From contig NC_045696.1 in NCBI RefSeq assembly GCF_009834535.1, forward strand, positions 122,390,001-122,453,268: a stretch of 63,268 nt of DNA. Reading direction: 5' to 3'. Below, piece after piece: positions 1-12,407 of the stretch. Origin of the DNA: Camelus ferus. Lineage: Eukaryota. A program made the translations under genes and the position numbers. Below the pieces are notes generated by a model, which saw only the letters and a program-made list of their open reading frames with translations, made no database searches and was not told the DNA's origin. Each line of letters starts with the position of its first letter. Within the stretch, counting starts at the first letter, position 1.

Positions 1-3000
1 TGCAATTTTCACTGAAAAAGGTGTTTGGGGCTAGTACCTCCCCATATATGTATGGAGTGGAGTTTGCACCTGAAATGAAATTTTGTGTTCCCAATAAGCT
101 AGGTGAATTTCTGCTTTCACACACACTTATCTCTAAGAACTGAGCATGTGGAGATGTTCGTTCATCTAGCACAAAGGGAACGGGTTGCAGTAGAAACTTT
201 TCTCTGGTTTCTCACTCTGTTTCCTCGTGCCTGTTTGAAGTTCCTGCAGTTTTCAATGTAAAACCGAGTTGGAGCTAGCCCATACCCATAGATATGTATG
301 GAGTGGAGTTTGCAACTGAAAAGAAACTTTGTGTTCCCAACAAGCTTGGTGAACGACGGCTTTCACACACACTGATCTCTACAACTGAGCATGTGGAGAG
401 ATGTTCGTTCATCTAGCACAAAGGGAACGGGGTGCAGGTGAAACTTTTCTCTGGTTTCTCAGTCTGTTTCCTACTGCCGGTTTGAAGTTCCTGCAGTTTT
501 CACTGTAAAACAGATTTGGAGGTAGTACCTCCCATATATATGTATGGAGTGGAGTTTGCAAACTGAAAAGAAACTTTGGGTTCCCCAACAAGCTAGGTGA
601 ATTACGGTTTTCACACACACATATCTCTCCGATCTTAGCATGTGGAGAGACTTTCGTTCATCTAGCACAAAGGGAATGGATTGCAGGAGAAACTTTTTAC
701 TCTGGTTCTCCAGTCTTTTTCCTAGTGCGGGGTAGAACTTCCTGCAGTTTTCCCTGTAAAACCGAGTTGGAGCTAGTACCCTCCCCATATATATGTAAGG
801 AGTGGATTTTGCAACCTAAAAGAACTTTGAGTTCCAAACTAGTTAGGTGAAGGTCGTCTTTCACACATAATTTTTCTCTCAGAAATGAGCATGTGGAGAG
901 ACGTTCGTTCATCTAGCAGAAAGGGAACGGGTTGCAGGGGAAACTTTTACTTTGGTTTCTCAGTCTGTTTCCTAGTGCTGGTTTGAAGTTTCTGCCGTTT
1001 TCACTGTAAAACCGAGTTTGACGCTTGCCCATACCATAGATATTTATGGAGTGGTGTTTGCAACTGAAAAGAAACATTGTGTTCCAAAAAAGCTAGGTGA
1101 AGGACGGCTTTCACACACACTGATCTCTCAGAACTGAGCATGTGGAGAGATGTTCGTTCATCTAGCACACAGGGAAAGGTTTGCAGGTGAAATTTTACTC
1201 TGGTTTCTCAGTCTGTTTCCTACTGCCGGTTTGAAGTTCCTGCAGTTTTCCCTGTAATACCGAGTTGGAGATAGTACCGCCCCATATATTGTATGGAGTG
1301 GAGTTTGTACCTAAAAGAAACTTTGTGTTCCCAACAAGCTAGGTGAAGGACGGCTTTCACACATAATTTTCTCAGAAATGGGCATGTGGGGAGAAGTTCG
1401 TTCATCTAGCACAAAGGGAACGTGTTGCAGGAGAAACTTTAAATCTGGATGCTCAGTGTGTTTCCTAGTGCCGGTTTGAAGTTCCTGCAATTTTCACTGA
1501 AAAAGGTGTTGGGGCTAGTACCTCCCGATATATGTATGGAGTGGAGTTGCACCTGAAAAGAAACTTGTGTTCTAACAAGCTAGATGAAAGTACGGCTTTC
1601 ACACACCAATTATGTCTCAGAAGCTGAGCATGTGGAGAGACGTTCGTTCATCTAGCACAAAAGGGAACGGGTTGCAGGAGGATACTTTTACTCTGGCTTT
1701 CTCAGTCTGTTTCCGAAGTGCCCGTTTGAATTTCCTGCAGTTTTCTCTGTAAAACAGTTTTGGAGCTAGTCCCTACACATAGATATGTATGGAGTGAATT
1801 TTGCTTAATGAAAAGAAACTTGTGTTCCCAACCAGCTATGTGAAGGACGGCTTTCACACACACTTATCTCTCAGAACTGAGCATGTGGAGAGACGTTCGT
1901 TCATCTAGCACAAAGGGAAGGGGTTGCAGGAGAAACTTTTACTCTGGCTTCTCAGTCTGTTTCCTAGTGCCGGTTTTGAAGTTCCTGCAGTTTTCATTGT
2001 AAAACCGAGTTGGAACTAGTACCTCCCCATATATATGTATGGAGTGGAGTTGGCAACTGGAAAAACTTGTGTTCCCAACAAGCTACCTGAAGGACGGCTT
2101 CACACACACATCTCTCACAACTGAGCATGTGGAGAGACGTTCGTTCATCTAGCACAAAGGAACGGTTGCAGTAGAAAACTTTTCTCTGGTTCTCAGTCTG
2201 TTTCCTAGTGCCTGTTTGAAGTTCCTGCAGTTTTCAATGTAAAACCGAGTTGGAGCTAGCCCATACCCATAGATATGTATGGAGTGGAGTTTGCAAGTGA
2301 AAGAAACTTTGTGTTCCCAACAAGCTTGGTGAAGCGGCTTGCACACACTTATCTCTCACAACTGAGCATGTGGAGAGATGTTCGTTCATCTAGCACAAAG
2401 GGAACGGGGTGCAGGTGAAACTTTCTCTGGTTTCTCAGTCTGTTTCCTACTGCCGGATTGAAGTTCCTGCAGTTTTCACTGTAAAACAGATTTGGAGCTA
2501 GTACCTCCCCATATATATGTATGGAGTGGAGTTTGCAACTGAAAAGAAACTTTGGGTTCCCAACAAGCTAGGTGAAGTACGGCTTTCACACCCATTTATC
2601 TCTCCGAAATGAGCATGTGGAGAGACGTTCGTTCATCTAGCACAAAGGGAACGGGTTGCAGGAGAAATTTTACTCTGGTTTCTCAGTCTGTTTCCTAGTG
2701 CCGGTTTGAATTTCCTGCAGTTTTCACTGTAAAACCGCGTTGAAGCTAGACCATACCCATATATATTTATGGATTTGTGTTTGCAACTGAAAAGAAACTT
2801 TGTGTTCCCAACAAGCTAGGTGAAGGACTGCTTTAACACACACATATCTATCTGAACTGAGCATGTGGAGAGACGTTCGTTCATCTAGCACAAAGGGAAC
2901 GTGTGGCAGGAGAAACTTTTACTCTGGATTCTCAGTCTGATTCCTAGTGCCTGTTTGAAGCTCCTGCAGTTTTTCACTGTAAAACCGATTTGGAGCTAGT

Positions 3001-6000
3001 ACCTCCCAATATATATGTATGGAGTGCTGTTTGCAACTGAAAAGAAAGTTTGTGTTCCCAACAAGCTAGGTGAAGTACGGAATTCACACACACTTACCTT
3101 TCAGAAATGAGCATGTGGAGAGACGTTCGTTCATCTAGAAGAAAGGGAACGGGTTGCAGTAGAAACTTTTACTAAGGTTTCTCAGTCTGTTTCCTAGTGC
3201 CTGTTTGAAGTTCCTGCAGTTTTCACTGTAAAACCGAGTTGGAGCTAGCCCATACCCATAGAAATTTATGGAGTGGTGTTTGCAACTGAAAAAAACTTTG
3301 TGTTCCCAACAAGCTAGTTGAAGGACAGCTTTCACACACAATTATCTCTCAGAACTGAGCATGTGGAGTGACGTTCGTTCATCTAGCACAAAGGGAACGG
3401 GTTGCAGGAGAAACTTTTACTCTGGTTTCTAAGTCTGTTTCCTAGTGCCTGTTTGAATTTCCTGCAGATTTCACTAGGAAACGAGTTGGAGCTAGTACCT
3501 ACCCATAGATATCTATGGAGTGGAGTTTGTTAATGAAAAGAAACTTTGTGTTCCCAACAAGCTAGGTGAAGGACGTCTTTCACACACACTTATCACAGAA
3601 CTGAGGATGTGGAGAGACGTTCGTTCATATAGCACAAAGTGAACTGGTTGCAAGAGAAAATTTTTCTCTGGTTTTAGTCTGTTTATTAGTGCCTGTTTGA
3701 AGTTCCTGCAGATTTCACTGTAAATCCGAGTTGGATCTATCCCATACCCATAGATATGTATGGAGTGGATTTTGCTACTGAAAAGAAACTTTGTGTTCCC
3801 AACAAGCTAGGTGAAGGTCGGCTTTCACACACACATATGACTCAGAACTGAGCATGAAGAGAGACGTTCGTTCATATAGAAAAATTGGAACGGTTTGCAG
3901 CAGAAAATTTTACTCTGGTTTCTCAGTCTGTTTCCTAGTGCCGGTTTGAACTTCCTGCAGTTTTCACTGTAAAACTGATTTGGAGCTTGTACCTCCCCCA
4001 TATAAATGTATGGAATGGAGTTTGCAACTGAAAAGAAACTTTGTGTTCCCAACACGCTAGGTGAAGGACGGCTTTCACACCAAAAATCTCTCAGAATTGA
4101 GCATGTTGGGAGACGATCCTCATCTAGCAGAAAGGGAACGGTTTCAGGAGAAACTTTTATTCTGGTTTCTCAGTCTGTTTCCAAGTGCCGGTTTGATGTT
4201 CTGCAGTTATCACTGTAAACCGATTGGAGCTATTACCTCCCCATATATTTGTATGGATTGGAGTTTGCAAATGAAAAGAATCTTTGTGTTCCCATCACAG
4301 CTAGATTAAGGACGGCTTTCACACAGACTTTTCTCTCTGAACTGAGCATGTTGTAGAGACGTTCGTTCATCTAGCACAAAGGGTACTGTTTGTAGGAGAA
4401 ACTTTTACTCTGGTTTCTCAGTCTGTTTCCTAGTGCCGGTTTGAATTTCCTGCAGTTTTCACTGTAAACAGAGTTGGAACTAGTACCTCCCCTTATATAT
4501 GTATGGATTGGAGTTTGCATGTTAAAAGGAACTTTGTTTTCCTGACAAGCTAAGTGAATGACGGCATTCAAACATACTTATCTCTCAGAATTGAGCATGT
4601 GGAAAGACGTTCGTTCATCTATCACAAAGTGAATGTGTTGCAGGAGAAACTATTACTCTGGTATCTCAGTCTGTTTCCTAGTGCCAGTTTGAATTTCCTG
4701 CAGTTTTCACTGTAACACCGAGTTGGAGCTAGACAATACCCATAGATATGTATGGAGTGGAGTTTGCAAATGAAAAGAAACATTGTGTTCCCAACAAGCT
4801 AGTTGAAGGACGGCTTTCACACACACTTATATCTCAGAACTGAGCATGTGGGGAGACGTTCGTTCATCTAGCACAAAGGGAACGTGTTGCAGGAGAAACT
4901 TTAAATCTGGATGCTCAGTGTTTTTCCTAGTGCCGATTTGAAGTTCCTGCAATTTTCACTGAAAAAGGTTTGGGGCTAGTACCTCCCCATATATATGTAT
5001 GGAGTGGAGTTTGCACCTGAAATGAAATTTTGTGTTCCCAATAAGCTAGGTGAATTTCTGCTTTCACACACACTTATCTCTAAGAACTGAGCATGTGGAG
5101 AGATGTTCGTTCATCTAGCACAAAGGGAACGGGTTGCAGTAGAAACTTTTCTCTGGTTTCTCACTCTGTTTCCTCGTGCCTGTTTGAAGTTCCTGCAGTT
5201 TTCAATGTAAAACCGAGTTGGAGCTAGCCCATACCCATAGATATGTATGGAGTGGAGTTTGCAACTGAAAAGAAACTTTGTGTTCCCAACAAGCTTGGTG
5301 AACGACGGCTTTCACACACACTGATCTCTCACAACTGAGCATGTGGAGAGATGTTCGTTCATCTAGCACAAAGGGAACGGGGTGCAGGTGAAACTTTTCT
5401 CTGGTTTTCAGTCTGTTTCCTACTGCCGGTTTGAAGTTCCTGCAGTTTTCACTGTAAAACAGATTTGGAGGTAGTACCTCCCCATATATATGTATGGAGT
5501 AGAGTTTGCAACTGAAAAGAAACTTCGGGTTCCCAACAAGCTAGGTGAATTACGGTTTTCACACACACATATCTCTCCGATCTTAGCATCAGGAGAGACT
5601 TTCGTTCATCTAGCACAAAGGGAATGGATTGCAGGAGAAACTTTTACTCTCTGGTTTCTCAGTCTGTTTCTAGTGCGTGGTAGAACTTCCTGCAGTTTTC
5701 CCTGTAAAACCGAGTTGGAGCTAGTACCTCCCCATATATATGTAAGGAGTGGATTTTGCAACCTAAAGAAACTTTGAGTTCCAAACTAGTTAGGTGAAGG
5801 TCGTCTTTCACACATAATTTTCTCTCAGAAATGAGCATGTGGAGAGACGTTCGTTCATCTAGCAGAAAGGGAACGGGTTGCAGGGGAAACTTTTACTTTC
5901 GTTTCTCAGTCTGTTTCCTAGTGCTGGTTTGAAGTTTCTGCCGTTTTCACTGTAAAACCGAGTTTGAGCTTGCCCATACCCATAGATTTTTATGGAGTGG

Positions 6001-7669
6001 TGTTTGCAACTGAAAAGAAACATTGTGTTCCAAAAAAGCTAGGTGAAGGACGGCTTTCACACACACTGATCTCTCAGAACTGAGCATGTGGAGAGATGTT
6101 CGTTCATCTAGCAACAGGGAAAGGTTTGCAGGTGAAATTTTACTCTGGTTTCTCAGTCTGTTTCCTACTGCCGGTTTGAAGTTCCTGCTTTTCCCTGTAA
6201 TACCGAGTTGGAGATAGTACCGCCCCATATATATGTATGGAGTGGAGTTTGTACCTAAAAGAAACTTTGTGTTCCCAACAAGCTAGGTGAAGGACGGCTT
6301 TCACACATAATTTTCTCTCAGAAATGGGCATGTGGGAGAAGTTCGTTCATCTAGCACAAAGGGAACGTGTTGCAGGAGAAACTTTAAATCTGGATGCTCA
6401 GTGTGTTTCCTAGTGCCGGTTTGAAGTTCCTGCAATTTCACTGAAAAAGGTGTTGGGGCTAGTACCTCCCGATATATAGTATGGAGTGGAGTTTGCACCT
6501 GAAAAGAAACTTTGTGTTCCTAACAAGCTGATGAAGTACGGCTTTCACACACAATTATGTCTCAGAACTGAGCATGTGGAGAGACGTTCGTTCATCTAGC
6601 ACAAAGGGAACGGGTTTCAGGAGAAACTTTACTCTGGCTTCTCAGTCTGTTTCCGAAAACCCGTTTGAATTTCCTGCAGTTTTCTCTGTAAAACAGTTTG
6701 GAGCTAGTCCCTACACATAGATATGTATGGAGTGAATTTTGTTAATGAAAGAAACTTTGTGTTCCCAACCAGCTATGTGAAGGACGGCTTTCACACACAC
6801 TTATCTCTCAGAACTGAGCATGTGGAGAGACGTTCGTTCATCTAGCACAAAGGGAAGGGGTTGCAGGAGAAACTTTTACTCTGGCTTCTCAGTCTGTTTC
6901 CTAGTGCCGGTTTGAAGTTCCTGCAGTTTTCATTGTAAAACCGAGTTGGAACTAGTACCTCCCCATATATATGTATGGAGTGGAGTTGCAACTGGAAAGA
7001 AACATTGTGTTCCCAACAAGCTATGAAGGACGGCTTGCACACACACTATCTCTCAACTGAGCATGTGGAGAGACGTTCGTTCATCTAGCACAAAAGGAAC
7101 GGGTTGCAGTAGAAACTTTCTCTGGTTTCTCACTCGGTTTCCTAGTGCCGTTTGAAGTTCCTGCAGTTTTCAATGTAAAACCGAGTTGGAGCTAGCCCAT
7201 ACCATAGATATGTATGGATGGAGTTTGCAAGTGAAAAGAAACTTTGTGTTCCCAACAAGCTTGGTGAACGACGGCTTGCACACACACTTATTCTCACAAC
7301 TGAGCATGTGGAGAGATGTTCGTTCATCTAGCACAAAGGGAACGGGGTGCAGGTGAAACTTTTTCTCTGGTTTCTCAGTCTGTTTCCTACTGCCGGATTG
7401 AAGTTCCTGCAGTTTTCACTGTAAAACAGATTTGGAGCTAGTACCCTCCCCATATATATGTATGGAGTGGAGTTTGCAACTGAAAAAAACTTTGGGTTCC
7501 CAACAAGCTAGGTGATTACGGTTTCACACACACATATCTCTCCGATCTTAGCATGTGGAGAGACATTCGTTCATCTAGCACAAAGGGAAGGATTGCAGGA
7601 GAAACTTTTACTCTGGTTTCTCAGTCTGTTCCTAGTGGCGGGTGTGAAACGTTCTGCAGTTTTCCCTGT
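1..7669. repeat. Tandem satellite DNA, ~248-bp monomer, ~31 copies (probable centromeric/pericentromeric satellite)
   Basis: Anchor TTCATCTAGC recurs at 161, 408, 657, 908, 1157, 1401, 1647, 1900 ... 7323, 7570 (spacing 241-253 bp). Most monomers carry CTGCAG (PstI) and many carry CCGG (MspI). Centromeric role is inference. Confidence 0.97.
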
Positions 7670-7769
7670 NNNNNNNNNNNNNNNNNNNNNNNNNNNNNNN
7701 NNNNNNNNNNNNNNNNNNNNNNNNNNNNNNNNNNNNNNNNNNNNNNNNNNNNNNNNNNNNNNNNNNNNN
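7670..7769. other. Assembly gap (100 N, placeholder size)
   Basis: Run of exactly 100 N. Confidence 0.99.
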
Positions 7770-7809
7770 GGGTTTTGCTTTAAGTGAGGAGAATGTCACA
7801 CAGCAGAGT

Positions 7810-8305
7810 TTCCCTGGTTTTATTCACCACAAATAAAGGTGCTCACAAGCTTCTGTTCCACTTGCTTCCCTGTGCAGCCTGGCGCTGGGACTGGTGACTC
7901 TGACAGCCAGCCGGGCCGCTCTTGCCCTCAGGCTTTGTGGTTCTTGGAGGAGGTGTTTTTTGAGCAATCTCAGCGCACTAAGATCTGTTGCACATCAGTA
8001 GCGCTTCCAACTCCGTGACATTGTGGACCAGGAACTTTTAGAAGCTCTTGGGCAGCCTGACTTCCTTGTCTTGTGGTTCCCACAGCCAGTATTGGGCATG
8101 ATGATCTGGCCCTTGAATCTTTTCTGCCCCTGTTGGCAATACCTCTGAGTTTCTTCCAGTTACACTTAATGTTGGTGTATTGGTCTGACTGGTGCTAGAT
8201 GAACTTCTTGGTCCATTTTTGGTGATCAGGGGCTTCGTGAGAGTTCTGAGGACAACCGTGATGCCAAATAGGAGATGGCTGCTACCTCAGGAAGAGAGAG
8301 GAAGG
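7810..8305 (-). pseudogene. RPL32: Processed (intronless) pseudogene of 60S ribosomal protein L32
   Basis: The minus strand follows RPL32 mRNA: 5' TOP tract CCTTCCTCTCTCTTCC, leader GAGGTAGCAGCCATCTCC, start codon decayed to ACG (8259-8257), ACCAAGAAGTTCATC.AGCACCAGTCAGACC (TKKFIRHQSDR), AGATTCAAGGGCCAGATC (RFKGQI), AAGTTCCTGGTCCACAATGTC (KFLVHNV), GCCAGGCTGCACAG, and AATAAA at 7824-7819. It has multiple stops and frameshifts and no introns. Confidence 0.95.
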
Positions 8306-8339
8306 TGATTTTTTTGGTTTCTTCTTTAAAAAATAAGTT

Positions 8340-8740
8340 TGGATACAAAATTAATCAATATTCATCATAGAAAACTTATTTGGTACACATAAGCAAAAAA
8401 AGTAAAATAAAAATCACCTGTAATCTCACCACCTAGAGATAATAGCTATTAAAATATGAACCTTTTATTTTCTTTTACAAAAATAAGATTTTATTACACT
8501 TATCCACGTAGAAGCTTGTTTATTCATTTATTTTTTAACATAATGGCATAGTGTAACCAGTTTGGGCTGTCATTCCATGCTCTCCCTCATCATCATTTTC
8601 AATACCTATGAAAGTGAGTGTTATAGTCTACAATTTTTTTTAACATGTTGTTAATTGTTGGACATTCTTACTATTATAATCGACACTGTGATGACCATTT
8701 GATGCTAAATCTTTGTGCACATCCTTGGCTATTTCATTGT
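8340..8740 (-). mobile_element. Ancient L1 (L1ME/L1MC-type) 3'-end fragment
   Basis: AAAATAAAAATCACCTGTAATCTCACCACCTAGAGATAA and AAATCTTTGTGCACATCC motifs typical of old L1M 3' ends. Confidence 0.55.
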
Positions 8741-9249
8741 TAACCTGGGTTTTTCCACTTCCTTTAGTTCCCTGGGTTGGAGCCGGCATACATAGCAGAG
8801 AACACCTGGCTGGTCACGCTGCTCACTTAATCAGCCGTGCAGATTGGAACTGGTGGAACAGGTTGGATGTATTGCTATAAAAACCAGCCAACCCCAGCTT
8901 TGACTCTTAAAATTATTCCTGTTCCCTGCAGATTATGTCCCCAACTCAAACGTTCTCTGGCACACATAGTGAGGGAACTGCCTCGTGCGTTATCTCATGG
9001 TCTTAAAAAAAAACACTGTCATCCTCACCGGAGTCCAGAGGAGCCCCTGGCAGCATGGGCTTGGTTACTATTTATACAGTATGTTTTATACGTGCTGGCA
9101 GGTGCCAAGTGTATTAAGGCAATGAGAGTCACTTGCACGAGGCATATTAAAATGAAAAATAGTATACTTTCTTATATGTCATATTATGTTAAAAATGCTT
9201 TTTTGGTTATTATTTATTTAAAGATATTATTATTAAAATTTTATTGTTA

Positions 9250-9952
9250 TGAGGGAGACTAGGTAAATCTCTTATAGATGAATGTCAGATGATGTATGAA
9301 GATACCTCACCCTCAGTGAGGCGGACTGGCTCTTTCCTCTCTTGAGTGTTGGTTCTGCTTTGTGACTTCTTTTTAAAGTGTAGATTATACAAAGAGAGCA
9401 GGGGTAACCTGACAGTGGAAAACACTGGCAAACACTGCTGCAGGCAAGTAATCTTTAACATCCTCAATGAAGAGCCCCGTTGTTAGTATGTACTTCCAGC
9501 TAAAGTGATGAGCATAGTACTTTACCTCTGTTGTCTTCCTCCCAATCATAGAACCCTAGTTTACACCCCAGTGGAAAACAACAGATGAACCCCAATTAAA
9601 TCACATTGTATACTTCACCAGTGCTCCTTAAAACTCTTGAGTTATAAAAATCAGGAAAATTCTGAGAAATGTCACAGCCAAAAGAAATCTAAGGAGACAT
9701 AACAATTAAATATAACCTGTCCTGGATGGGATTCTGGAACAAAATAAGAACATTAGGAAAAAGCTAGTGAATTCTGAATTAGTTGCAGAGTTTAGATAAG
9801 AGTAATAGACTAAATTTGGCTCCAGAGTTGTAACAAATAGATCATGAAAATATAAGATGTTAAAAATAAAAATAATGAAGAGCATATGGGAACTCTGCTA
9901 TCTTTGCAATTTAAAGGATCTAAAACTAGTCTAAAGTAAAGTTTATGAAAAA
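9250..9952 (+). mobile_element. L1MC4-like 3' end
   Basis: AAGGAGACATAACAATTAAAT...CCTGGATGGGATTCTGGAAC...TATGGGAACTCTGCTATCTTTGCAA matches the recalled L1MC3/4 3' consensus and ends in an A-rich tail. Confidence 0.75.
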
Positions 9953-10491
9953 CATAGATTATTAGATCAAATTTCTAATTATGTTATTTTCATTCACTGA
10001 ACATTCATTTATACCTCCACACACATCTACATTTTATTCTTCTCTTCAAACAAACAAACAAAAATCATCACTTGTAAATATTAGGCACATATTCTTTTAT
10101 AGTAATAGTTAACTGGAGAGGACTGTGTTTTCTTTTCAACAGGACATGGGCCAACCAGTTCACCAAACTATCCTTCCAACCTATCCATCCCATTTATTTT
10201 GTCTTCCTAGTCCTTCAGGCATTTACATTTGTAACCATCATCAGGGAAGAGATGGTATGTTAAATCGAAGTTGTAGTCTCATAAATACTGTGAAAGTGTT
10301 TCATACCACGTGAAGAAAGAAGTAATTCACTTCTTCAGATTCCAATTTCTGGGTTGTGCTAAATTACGCTTCAAAGAAATACCATTGTTAGATATAGACG
10401 AGAATGTGGCAGGAACAGATGTGGGAATAGGGCGGGACAGGCTGAGATGGTAGCAGGCATGAAAGAGTCTAGGTAGAGCTCAATCCTATAA

Positions 10492-10824
10492 CAATGCTTC
10501 CTGATCTTGGCTAATCATGAAAATCACCCAGAAACTGTTAAAAACACAGATTCCCTAGTGTTTCTCAAAATGAGGTTCTGTTAATAGCAATATTAGCACC
10601 ATTGGGGATTTCTGAGTAATTCAAATTCTTGAGCTCTACCCCAAGTCGACTGAGTCACTGTCTCTGGAGATGGAGCTCAGAAATCTGCTTTCCTAGGCCT
10701 TTCAGGCAGTTCTGGTTTCAGGCTACGATTTGAGACCCACTTCCCAAAAATTTGATTTAGTTATTTAGTTTAGGCAGGGCTACATTTATCTAGGATAATT
10801 CAGATGAAGATTGGGGGAAATACT
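10492..10824. mobile_element. MER5-family (hAT-Charlie) MITEs; inner MER5A-like copy at ~10556-10741
   Basis: TAGTGTTTCTCAAA...TTTGAGACCCACT termini and ACTGAGTCACTGTCTCTGGAGATGGAGCTCAGAAATCTGC core. The flanks (GAAAATCACCCAG..TGTTAAAAACACAGATTCCC / GGGAAATACTG) resemble a second MER5-like element. Confidence 0.6.
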
Positions 10825-12407
10825 GCCTACATAAAGATGCAAATGTCATGAAGAGAGAGAGATATGGATCCGCCACCCTATTGGTTAACTCATGAAATAC
10901 AATGCATTTACTTTGATACAGAATAGTGAAAGAGTAATAATCAAAGAATGAGAGAATATATCCACATATAGTGCTCATCAGTTGATAGTCAATCTGGATT
11001 ACTCTAGTCAGCAGCTACTTCTATATCTCTTTTTAAAAACTACCTATGAGCCATTATATAATAAGTATGAAGAAGTATCTGTCCATTTCTTATGTCACCT
11101 CAAGAGTGAACAGAAAATAAATATATTTGTGCAAATTTACATGGAAGTTTTGGATCATCTGTATTGAAATTATGTCCTGGTATTAACATGCACCTTTTAA
11201 ATTTACAGATGTATAGCTTCTGTATTTATGGCAAGAAAACTGATATATATATTAAGCCAATAATTATGATTGGGAAACTTGGCCTTTGAGCAATTATACA
11301 AAGTTAATTTCTCTTCTTAATGAGTATGATTTCAATAATTTAAAATTTCATTAACAAATTATGATAGAGTACAATTTACATGTATCCTAAATTTAAATAT
11401 AATTGGTGTTGTAATTTTAAAAATGAAAATTAAGAACCATTTATGTTCTTTAGAAACTTCATAATAAGAACAGACGAGGATTTTTAAAAACTACATATTA
11501 ATTTGAATAAAGTAAATCATGTTAAATGTTAAATGTTAGATTTTTCTAGAATAATTTAACTTATATGGTGGTTTGATTTACTCATTTTTTTTTTTTCTCT
11601 ATTAAGAGATGATAATAGGCCTTTGAGATACTACCATTAGCAGTTGTAACTGGAAGCTGCTCACAAGGAATCTGCTTGAGAAGCAATAGTTGCATTTGCT
11701 TTCTATGCTGTCTCCTCCCTGGTCTTTGAAAGGAGAATTAAACCACTTTAGAATAGACTACACAGGAGACACAAGCCACGAGCTTTGGGCCAAAACTGTG
11801 AGAGGACAGGGAAGACGAGACAACTTTCTGCTAATGAGGATTAGAGGTCTAGTGTATTCCTTAGTAAAAGTGAAAAGACAGAGGGGTGGACTGTATCTTT
11901 CACTTAAAACCTAAACAAAAGAGTTATTCTGGTTGTAATTCTACCACGCAAATGCTTGTTTGCTCAACATGGAACTTAGGGTACCAAGTGGGTTTTTACT
12001 AGTTTTTTTTTTTTTAAATAATACCTCCCCCCTGCATAACACCACATAGACACACACACTGAATTTAAGATCAAAACATAATTAAATGAGTAGCACTTTC
12101 TGTATTGGCTTGTATCTTTTTTGTTGGTTTGAATCTTGGTATATTTATTTTCCAATCAGAAAAAACTCTTAAAAAGTTAATCTGAAAAGTATCCTGTCCA
12201 TAAATTTTTATTTGGAGAATACTAATGATTCCTGTTTTCAAAATAAGAAAAGCGGTTTAGTTGACCACATAACCATTCATGGGAGGCAAACAACATCAGA
12301 CAATATCATGCAGGGATTCCCAATCATTTCATATTTCGTATCCTTACTATCTTCTTTAACTCTCAATTTTTAAAGTTTTTTATATCTCTGAGTTTTCTCT
12401 ATTTCTC

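Noticed and set aside
1..7669. Canonical CENP-B box
   Set aside because: No NTTCGNNNNANNCGGGN with correct spacing was seen; only the split version is reported.
409..7787. Many 60-105 aa ORFs with recurring peptides (ENCRNFKPALGNRLR)
   Set aside because: Translations of the satellite monomer; frames are broken in every copy.
8192..8204. 13-mer GTTCATCTAGCAC shared (inverted) between the RPL32 pseudogene and the satellite monomer
   Set aside because: Explained by decay of RPL32 TTCATCCGGCAC at a CpG; similarity does not extend, so coincidence.
8837..9262. 141-aa ORF
   Set aside because: GTG start, drifts into AT-rich low-complexity sequence, no family similarity recognised.
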